From Planctomycetota bacterium (GTDB lineage: Bacteria > Planctomycetota > SZUA-567 > H5-PLA8), in the NCBI GenBank assembly GCA_038227875.1, contig JBBRPR010000038.1, positions 19,309-83,308 on the forward strand: 64,000 bases of DNA, read 5' to 3'. This document shows positions 37,991 through 45,538 of the stretch, piece by piece (the stretch's first letter is position 1; each line of letters begins with the position of its first letter). The position numbers and the translations under genes were made by a program. The notes below the pieces were generated by a model. The model ran no database searches. It saw only the letters and a program-made list of their open reading frames with translations, and had not been told where the DNA came from.

Positions 37991-39130
37991 CTACGGAGTC
38001 CTGAACGCAGGCACCACCACCACCACCCGAAAACCGAAGTTGTAGCTGCGGTAGTCCGGACCGTTCCCGAAGCGGGAAGCCGACCGACAGTACAAGGGAG
38101 AGTAGCCCCAGGAACCGCCACGCAACAAACGCGCGGCACCGTGATCCGGGCCTTGTGGGTTCTCAGTGGATGACTTCGCGTAATAATTTTCATCCCAAAG
38201 ATCCTGGCACCATTGCCAGACGTTGCCATGCATATCGTACAGTCCGAATTTGTTTGGTTCTTTCTGGCCGACAGGATGCGTTGTATTCTTACTGTTTCCG
38301 TCATACCAGGCAACGCGGCCCAGATCGGCTTCAGCATCGCCGGAATGGTATGCGGTCGTCGTTCCCGCCCGGCAGGAATATTCCCATTCGGCTTCGGTGG
38401 GCAGGCGAACAGTCTGCTTCGTTTGCTCTGTTAACTTCTTGCAGAATACCTGCGTGTCATCCCATGAAACCATTTCAACCGGGTTGTCCTTACCTTTGAA
38501 CTGGCTGGGATTCGTTCCGATCACGGCTTGATAGTGCTCTTGCGTCACGTCGTACTTCCCAATGTAAACCGGCTGAGTCAGCGTTACTGTATGCGCCGGC
38601 TTCTCTCTTTCGTCTGCGCTTTTAAATCGCGCTTCAGCAGCGGTGTATTCCAATCGTGCCGCCTGTAGTCCGTTCGCCGATTGCCTCCAATGCAGCCCGC
38701 TCAGCACGCATCCGCCCGTGGCGACCGTGACCAGCAGCAGCAGGCCCAGCGACACTTGCGGGCGGCGTCGTTTACGGATGGCCTGCACGAGAACGAAGCC
38801 CAACAGGACCAGCAACGCGCCACCGCTTACCGCCAGACCAAACTGCCCTCTTGCAATCTTCTTACTGAATCCGGTTTCATCCACGGGCGTGGGAGGTGGC
38901 GTCCCCATCATGAACTTCCCAGCCGGGATCAGCACCAGTTCGAGCTTCACTCCGTTGCCGAGGTCCAGCGTCTTCGTCGGCGGAAGGTTGACGCGTTTAG
39001 CGTAATCGGCGACGGATTCGTGACCGTCCCAGAGCGGGTATTGTGGCTCGGCGCAGTTAACGATTGAGCAGGCTGCAGCTAGTGCGACGAGAAGCGAAAC
39101 GCAAATGCGAATGGGCAAGGGGTTGCGCAT
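37991..39130 (-). CDS. FGE-sulfatase/C-type-lectin-fold protein with TM hairpin; putative DGR target 1
   Basis: Start at ATG 39130; IPAGKFMMG, RLPTEAEWEY, NKFGLYDMHGNVWQW and RGGSW...CRSA...FGFRV motifs. Confidence 0.9.
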   Translation of the reverse strand: MRNPLPIRICVSLLVALAAACSIVNCAEPQYPLWDGHESVADYAKRVNLPPTKTLDLGNGVKLELVLIPAGKFMMGTPPPTPVDETGFSKKIARGQFGLAVSGGALLVLLGFVLVQAIRKRRRPQVSLGLLLLVTVATGGCVLSGLHWRQSANGLQAARLEYTAAEARFKSADEREKPAHTVTLTQPVYIGKYDVTQEHYQAVIGTNPSQFKGKDNPVEMVSWDDTQVFCKKLTEQTKQTVRLPTEAEWEYSCRAGTTTAYHSGDAEADLGRVAWYDGNSKNTTHPVGQKEPNKFGLYDMHGNVWQWCQDLWDENYYAKSSTENPQGPDHGAARLLRGGSWGYSPLYCRSASRFGNGPDYRSYNFGFRVVVVVPAFRTP

Positions 39131-39132
39131 GG

Positions 39133-40173
39133 TCACGGAGTCCTGAACGCAGGCACCAACACAATCCGAAAACCGATGGAGCCGTAGCGGATGCGTGGAA
39201 CGTACCAGCAGCGGTAAGCCGACCGACAGTACATGGGAGGGCAGAGCCAAGAACCGCCGCGCAACTCACGGATGGCACCATGATCCGGGCCTTGCGGATT
39301 TTCTGCTGGAGATTTGGAGTAGTAGTCTTCACCGTACCAGTCTTGACACCATTGCCACACGTTGCCATGCATGTCGTACAATCCAAATTTATTGGGATCA
39401 TTCTGCCCAACAGGATAAGTTGTGCTCTTGCTGTTCGCGGAGTACCACGCCACGCGATCCAAATCGGAATCCAAGTCGCCGGAATAGAATTCCGTTGTAG
39501 TTCCCGCACGGCACGCGTACTCCCATTCCGCTTCGGTAGGCAATCGCACGCCGTCTTTTGTTTGCTCGGTTACTTTTTTGCAGAACGCCCGCGCATCGTC
39601 CCAGGATACTTGCTCAACGGGGTTATCCTTGCCTATGAAATTACTAGGATTCGTTCCGATCACCGCTTGGTACTGCTCCTGCGTCACGTCGTACTTTCCC
39701 ATATAAAACGGCTGAGTCAGCGTCACCGCATGCGCGGGATGTTCGTTGGGAAAATTGTCTGGATGTTTCAACGCTTCGTTCCAGCGCACGCCGCCCCAGA
39801 CGCCAATGGCCGCTACGAAGGTCATCACCAGCATCAACCCCATGGAGAACTGAGGCCGCTTGTGATTACGCCGGGCGCGGATCAACCAGACCGCCACCAC
39901 GAGAAGAAGTATGCCCCCGCTGATCCCTGTCATCGATTGCCCAACTACAGGTTTTTCGTGCTCCGGCGTCCCCATGACAAACTTCCCAGCCGGGATCAGC
40001 ACCAGTTCAAGCTTCACGCCGTTGCCGAGCTCCAGCGACTTCGCCGGCGGAAGGTTGACGCGTTGGGCGTAGTCGGCGACGGACTCGTGATTATCCCAGA
40101 GCGGGAAGGCTGGCGTGGCCTCAGCGGCCGCCAGCGAACTCGCGAACAAGAAGAGCAGCATCAACAAGCGCAT
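39133..40173 (-). CDS. FGE-sulfatase/C-type-lectin-fold protein with TM hairpin; putative DGR target 2
   Basis: Start at ATG 40173 (signal peptide); same motifs; 24 nt at the 3' end are identical to target 1. Confidence 0.9.
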   Translation of the reverse strand: MRLLMLLFLFASSLAAAEATPAFPLWDNHESVADYAQRVNLPPAKSLELGNGVKLELVLIPAGKFVMGTPEHEKPVVGQSMTGISGGILLLVVAVWLIRARRNHKRPQFSMGLMLVMTFVAAIGVWGGVRWNEALKHPDNFPNEHPAHAVTLTQPFYMGKYDVTQEQYQAVIGTNPSNFIGKDNPVEQVSWDDARAFCKKVTEQTKDGVRLPTEAEWEYACRAGTTTEFYSGDLDSDLDRVAWYSANSKSTTYPVGQNDPNKFGLYDMHGNVWQWCQDWYGEDYYSKSPAENPQGPDHGAIRELRGGSWLCPPMYCRSAYRCWYVPRIRYGSIGFRIVLVPAFRTP

Positions 40174-40299
40174 AGTTGAAGCGTAGTAAATTTGGAGTGC
40201 GCATGCCATACGGGATCGGTCGCGAGCGCGTTGCCCTGATTCAATTCGGTCGCATCGCCCCGGGAAATGAAAATGCCCCCGCCATTACAATCGGTAAAA

Positions 40300-41340
40300 C
40301 TATCGAGCCCCGAACGCGGGCACCAACCTAACCCGCATTCCAAAGAGGTAGTGGCGTTGAACCGGATCGTGTCTCACGCGGCGCGCCGATCGGGAGTCCA
40401 CGGGATTGAGGTTCCAGGAGCCGCCGCGCAATACACGGTAGGCTCCTTCCGCAGGGCCTTGTGGATTCTCATTCGGCAAGTTCGCATAATTTTCTTCCCA
40501 CAGATCCTGACACCATTGCCAGATGTTGCCATGCATATCGTACAACCCGAAATTGTTGGGTTCCTTCTGCCCCACGGGATGCGGGGTGCGCTTGCTGTTC
40601 GCGGCGTACCACGCCACGCGATCCAAATCAGATTCCACATCGCCGGAATAGTATTCAGTCCTCGTTCCCGCGCGGCACGCATACTCCCATTCCGCTTCGG
40701 TGGGCAGACCCACACTCGAATTCGTTTGCTCAGTTACCTTTTTGCAGAACGCCTGAGCATCATCCCACGACACGTTCTCAACAGGTTTGTCCGTGCCCTT
40801 AAAATTGCTGGGATTCGTTCCGATCACCGTTTGGTACTGCTCCTGCGTCACAGCGTACTTCCCCAGATAAAACGGTTGGGTCAGCGTCACCGGACGCGCC
40901 GGATGCTCGGCGGAAAAGTAGTATTGATGTTTCAACGCTTCGTTCCAACGCACCCCGCCCCAGACACCAACCGCCGCCACAAAGGTCATCACCAGCATAA
41001 ACCCCATCGAGAACTGAGGCCGCTTGCGGTGACGCCAAGCGCGGACCAACCACACCGCCACAACGAGTAGAAGTAAGCCCCCGCTAATCCCCGTCATCGT
41101 TTGCCCGACCACAGCCTTTTCAGGCTCGGGCGTCCCCATCACAAACTTCCCCGCCGGAATCAGCACCAGCTCGAGCTTCACGCCGTTGCCGAGGTCGAGC
41201 GTTTTCGTGGGCGGGAGATTTACTTTCTTGGCGTAGTCGGCCACGGACTCCACCCCGTCCCAAAGCGGATAGGCTGGCGCAGCTTCAGACGCGGCCAGCG
41301 ATCCGGCCAGCACGATGACGATGAGCGGCAACGGGCGCAT
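40300..41340 (-). CDS. FGE-sulfatase/C-type-lectin-fold protein with TM hairpin; paralog 3 (more drifted 3' end)
   Basis: Signal peptide; same motifs; ends VPAFGAR; TAGTTTTACCG at the stop, as in target 1. Confidence 0.9.
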   Translation of the reverse strand: MRPLPLIVIVLAGSLAASEAAPAYPLWDGVESVADYAKKVNLPPTKTLDLGNGVKLELVLIPAGKFVMGTPEPEKAVVGQTMTGISGGLLLLVVAVWLVRAWRHRKRPQFSMGFMLVMTFVAAVGVWGGVRWNEALKHQYYFSAEHPARPVTLTQPFYLGKYAVTQEQYQTVIGTNPSNFKGTDKPVENVSWDDAQAFCKKVTEQTNSSVGLPTEAEWEYACRAGTRTEYYSGDVESDLDRVAWYAANSKRTPHPVGQKEPNNFGLYDMHGNIWQWCQDLWEENYANLPNENPQGPAEGAYRVLRGGSWNLNPVDSRSARRVRHDPVQRHYLFGMRVRLVPAFGAR

Positions 41341-41401
41341 GGCCGCATTGTAACATGGATGGTGGACGAGTGCTGAATGCGGCGGCCGGGAAAAGTTGGC
41401 C

Positions 41402-41635
41402 TTATCTAAGAAGGCTCAAAAGAACGAAGACGAAACCCGCGCAGGCAACAACAACGTAAACTGAAAATAATGCAACGCCCATACGGTATCGCTGCGGCGA
41501 TTCAGTCTTTCGTACCCAACGCCAAGATTGATCCATCCATCGCTGATAAAATGCAATGTTGTAGATATTGAAAAGACCGACGCATCCGATGACTCCAATG
41601 ATGCAAAGCAGCAACTCGCCTTGGGCAACACGCAT
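41402..41635 (-). CDS. Small two-TM hypothetical protein
   Basis: Two hydrophobic helices flanking RKTESPQRYR. Confidence 0.5.
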   Translation of the reverse strand: MRVAQGELLLCIIGVIGCVGLFNIYNIAFYQRWMDQSWRWVRKTESPQRYRMGVALFSVYVVVACAGFVFVLLSLLR

Positions 41636-42330
41636 ACCGTCAGTGTGCCGCGCTCAAGGACAGAATCAAGAACGGAGACAACGCCCCTGGAAAAGCGCCC
41701 CGGAGATCCACAGAGCTCTGAAAGAGCGCAATCACCAGCCCGCGACGCGCCCTCTCGCAAGGGCCCCACATTCGCGCTCCAGAAGCCTGTGGCGCCGCCA
41801 AAATCTCAACCCGACGACAAACACATGCGACACCCCGCGACATCGCCTCAGCCCCGCAAAACGCAAAAGAGAGGAGGACCCTTCCACTCCCTTCCGCCCA
41901 CCCGTAGGCAGTTCTTTGCGGCTTAGCGGCTTTGCGTGAGATTTGGAACTCTTCCAATCGAGCGAGCTCGCCACGCTTCACCCCGTGCACTGCTGCACAT
42001 CCTGTATTATAAAATCTTTATATCGAATCTAGAAAATAACACTTGACTTTTGGGTTCGAGAGTTGCTTAATACAATAGGAAAATATGGCGATGCTGTCGT
42101 TTATGCCCGTCCCCGGTTCATTTCTGCCGCCAGCACGAAGCGCCCGTCGTACCGACCACTTTTAGCCAGACTCCAACCCCAACCTCGCACACGACCATTT
42201 TAAAGGACACCACCATGCACACGCCGCACGCCCCCTACCGACCACCGACTAATTTTCGCCGGACAGAGATTTCCGAGCCGTGCAGATACCTCAAACATCA
42301 TGTGCACCTATAGAGGAGAACCCCGCCCAC

Positions 42331-42358
42331 GTAACATTTTGTAACATTCCGTAACATT
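42331..42358. promoter_or_regulatory. Three phased GTAACATT direct repeats (10-bp period)
   Basis: GTAACATTTT GTAACATTCC GTAACATT about 130 bp upstream of the 42491 gene. Confidence 0.6.
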
Positions 42359-42490
42359 GCACATTAGGAGGACGACCCCCGAATCCCCACTCCGAATCCT
42401 GCCGCCTTCAATTCTAGTGTACAATCTTCAACATCCTCCGCCCGCCGGTGTATAACAAGCAGCACAGTTTAAAACTCAAAGGAATCCCCC

Positions 42491-45289
42491 ATGCGCAACC
42501 GCTTCCCCGCCCTGCTCATCCTCCTCGTCGCCACTCTGACAGCTCAAGCCGCCGAGCCCGTGAAATGCCCGGACACGCGCGACATCTGGATCTCTGTCGT
42601 CGACGACCACGGCGAAACCAGCGGCGGCAAAGCGGGCAGGATCAAGCTCAAATGCTGGCAGGAATACGGGCTCCTCGACTTCGACGTCTCCGCGCTGAAA
42701 GGCAAGAAGATCGAGAAGGCCCAGCTCTTCATCGCGCCCGAAGGCGGCGCGGTCTTCGGCGGGAACCGTGGTACCGACCTGCGCTGGTTTACCGTCTCCA
42801 CTGTCAGCAGCGAGTGGGTCGAAGGCGAAGGCCAGCAGTACGGTAAGGACGACGCCGGACACGGCTCGACGTTCAACGAAGCCAGCTACAAGACGCGTCC
42901 GTGGACGGTGCCAGGCTCGAAACTCTGGGACGTCACGCTCGGCAATGGCAAGACGCTGCGCTTCGATATCGATGCCGGCGACCCGCAGAACGGCTGGTTC
43001 GCCATCCCGCTCGACAAGCGCCTGGTCGAAGCGCTCGTCGCCAAAGCCTCGTACGGCTTCATGCTGATGGACGGCTCGACGGGCGTCGACCGCAACTGCA
43101 GCGTCGGATCGCGCGAGAGCGGCAATCATGCCCCCTACCTCCTGGTGACGCTCGCCGGCGACAACGTCGAAGCGCCGAAAGCGCCGCAGGGCCTGAGCCT
43201 CAAGCCCTCACCCAACGACGCCAGCACCGCCAACGGCGCGGCGACGCTAACATTCACGGTTCCCGAGAATGCCTTCGCCTACCAGATCAAAGTCGACGGC
43301 AAGGAACTCCCGCGCTGGCAGATTCCGTTCGCCGCCAAGGCTGGCTCGCAGCAGACGATTTACCTCGAATACCTCGCGCCAGGCGCGGACGTCAACGTCG
43401 AGGTTGCGGCCGTCGACGTCTCCGGCAACGTCTCGCCGGTGGCCAGCGTCAAAGGCAAAGCCAGCCCGAATATCACGGTGCCGTCGCTGCCGGAGTCCGA
43501 TTGGAAGCCCAAGGGTGGCGAGTCGGGCGGCGATGCCGCGCTGAAAGTCTGGGCCTTCCCGGAAGTCTCGAAGCTCGATCCGCTCAGCGGCAAGATCGCC
43601 TGCGAACCGGGCATGGATACTGCCAGTGCGAAGAACAGCGTCTGGGACGGAGCGACCTCGACCGTGCGCGTCGCGGCGGCGCGCGGCGAGATTGCGTCCT
43701 TCCAGCTGGCCCTCAACGCGCCCGGCGGCGCGGCCAGCGGCATCAAGATCGACATCAAGGGACTCGACGAAATCAAGACGCGGCTCTGGCGCGCGTGGTT
43801 CTTCTCCTTGAACAAACAGTGGCAGGGCGATTACGCCATCCCGCTGGCGGCAGGCGCGGCGCTGGCGATCCCCGCAACCGACAACAATATTCCGGGCCAG
43901 AAGTCGGCGGTGGTCACCGTCGACCTGATCGTCCCTGAATCGGCCAAGCCCGGCGACCACGACGGCACGATCTCGATTACCTACGAAGGCGGCGCGGAGA
44001 TCAAGCTGCCACTGAAAGTGAAAGTTTACGCGGCGGTGATCCCCAAGGAGCCGCACTTCAATCCCGAGATGAACTGCTACGGCGGTCCCGGCGACGCGGG
44101 CACGGATTTCTTCTTCGATTCCTTCCGCCTCGCGCACTACCACCGCTCCACGATCAACCGCGTGCCGTACTCGCAGAGCGGCAATGTCCATCCCGACTAC
44201 GCGCCGAAAGTCGGTCCGGATGGCAAGGTCACCGACTGGTCGGTCTTCGACAAGAATCTCGGGCCGCTGCTGGACGGATCCGCCTTCAAGGACAACCCGC
44301 GCGCCAACGTCCCCGTCCCAACGCTCTACCTGCCGATGATGGAAAACTGGCCGCTGCCGATGCTGCCCAACTACAACCCCGGCGGCACGTTCACCGGGAA
44401 GAACTGGAATCCGATCCACCACATGAAGGCCAAGTCGCCCGAGCAGTCGTTCACGCAGAATTACAAGGACGCCTTCACCAACAACGTCGCCGACTTCATC
44501 AAGCACTTCGAAGAGAAGGGCTACACGAAGACGCTGGCGGAAGTCTTCTTCAACAACAAATACAGCTTCAGCAACGATGGCATCAAGGGCACGGCGTGGA
44601 TCATGGACGAACCGTTCATCGCCCTCGACTGGAATGCGCTGGCCTTCTACAGCCGCCTGGCGCATGAAGCGATGAAGCAGCAGAAGACGGCGCACATCGT
44701 CTTTCGCGGCGACATCAGCCGCCCGATGTGGCAGGGCTCCGCGATGGACGGCCTGATGGAACTGCTCTGCGCCAACAACGAACAATTCCAGATGTTCCCG
44801 CTGATGAAGGACCACAAGCGCCGCATGCCCGCGATTCTCTACAGCTACGGCGGGTGCAACGACCAGAGCCGCGCCAACCACGAAACCACGGCGTGGTGTG
44901 TCCAGGCTTACCTGCACGAATGCGACGGCGTGCTGCCCTGGCAGAGCCTCGCCGGCGACGCCGCCTTCGACAAAGGCGATGGCGATGCCGGCGGCGGTAA
45001 CGCGCTGATCGTCGACGGCCGCAAGCGCTTCAACGTCAACGCCATCGCCTCCTACCGCGTCCACGCCTTCCGCGCCGGAGCGCAACTGGCCGAACTGCTG
45101 CGCCTGCTCGAATTGAAGAACAACTGGGGCCGCGCTCACAGCGACGCGATCGTCTCGCAGGTGCTGCAGCTGCATTCGGAGTTCCATCAAGGCGCCATGG
45201 ACGAAGCCGCCGCCGTGACGTTCAAGAATCTCAATGGCGATCAGTTCGTGCGGCTGAAGGAGGGCATCTTAAAGCTGCTGGAAAAGTAG
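42491..45289 (+). CDS. Large secreted protein; N-terminal beta-sandwich modules and a GH123/DUF4091-like C-terminal region
   Basis: AAGGA RBS; signal peptide; LLDFDVSAL...KAQL, AARGEIASFQL and WIMDEP motifs. Product is inference. Confidence 0.8.
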   Translation: MRNRFPALLILLVATLTAQAAEPVKCPDTRDIWISVVDDHGETSGGKAGRIKLKCWQEYGLLDFDVSALKGKKIEKAQLFIAPEGGAVFGGNRGTDLRWFTVSTVSSEWVEGEGQQYGKDDAGHGSTFNEASYKTRPWTVPGSKLWDVTLGNGKTLRFDIDAGDPQNGWFAIPLDKRLVEALVAKASYGFMLMDGSTGVDRNCSVGSRESGNHAPYLLVTLAGDNVEAPKAPQGLSLKPSPNDASTANGAATLTFTVPENAFAYQIKVDGKELPRWQIPFAAKAGSQQTIYLEYLAPGADVNVEVAAVDVSGNVSPVASVKGKASPNITVPSLPESDWKPKGGESGGDAALKVWAFPEVSKLDPLSGKIACEPGMDTASAKNSVWDGATSTVRVAAARGEIASFQLALNAPGGAASGIKIDIKGLDEIKTRLWRAWFFSLNKQWQGDYAIPLAAGAALAIPATDNNIPGQKSAVVTVDLIVPESAKPGDHDGTISITYEGGAEIKLPLKVKVYAAVIPKEPHFNPEMNCYGGPGDAGTDFFFDSFRLAHYHRSTINRVPYSQSGNVHPDYAPKVGPDGKVTDWSVFDKNLGPLLDGSAFKDNPRANVPVPTLYLPMMENWPLPMLPNYNPGGTFTGKNWNPIHHMKAKSPEQSFTQNYKDAFTNNVADFIKHFEEKGYTKTLAEVFFNNKYSFSNDGIKGTAWIMDEPFIALDWNALAFYSRLAHEAMKQQKTAHIVFRGDISRPMWQGSAMDGLMELLCANNEQFQMFPLMKDHKRRMPAILYSYGGCNDQSRANHETTAWCVQAYLHECDGVLPWQSLAGDAAFDKGDGDAGGGNALIVDGRKRFNVNAIASYRVHAFRAGAQLAELLRLLELKNNWGRAHSDAIVSQVLQLHSEFHQGAMDEAAAVTFKNLNGDQFVRLKEGILKLLEK

Positions 45290-45290
45290 C

Positions 45291-45527
45291 GCCGCAAGCC
45301 GCGAGGGGTCAGGGGCCAGGGGCCAGAGTAGATGAGCGTTTGGCGAGTTGCGATGGACACGGAATTTGAGCGCGGTTTTAACAACAGGAACAGCTGGAGC
45401 AAAGGCAGACCGATCACCCAACATAAAAAAACGGATGCCTCGCTCACGCGTGGCATCCGTCAACTCGCCGAACGCTCGTCTACTCTGACCCCTGGCTCCT
45501 GACCCCTGACCCCTCGCGGCTTGCGGC
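45291..45527. repeat. Inverted-repeat element between convergent genes with an internal terminator-like hairpin
   Basis: Arms 45291-45330 / 45481-45527 (GCCGCAAGCCGCGAGGGGT + CAGGGG[T/C] heptamers); inner ACGGATGCC/GGCATCCGT hairpin preceded by an A-run (45425-45460). Confidence 0.8.
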
Positions 45528-45538
45528 TTGCCGCGCGC

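Noticed and set aside
37991..41340. Calling the three genes true formylglycine-generating enzymes
   Set aside because: The catalytic-cysteine region is the hypervariable segment and is not conserved among the copies; no sulfatase is adjacent.
43247..45190. 647-aa minus-strand ORF
   Set aside because: Shadow of the + strand 932-aa secreted protein.
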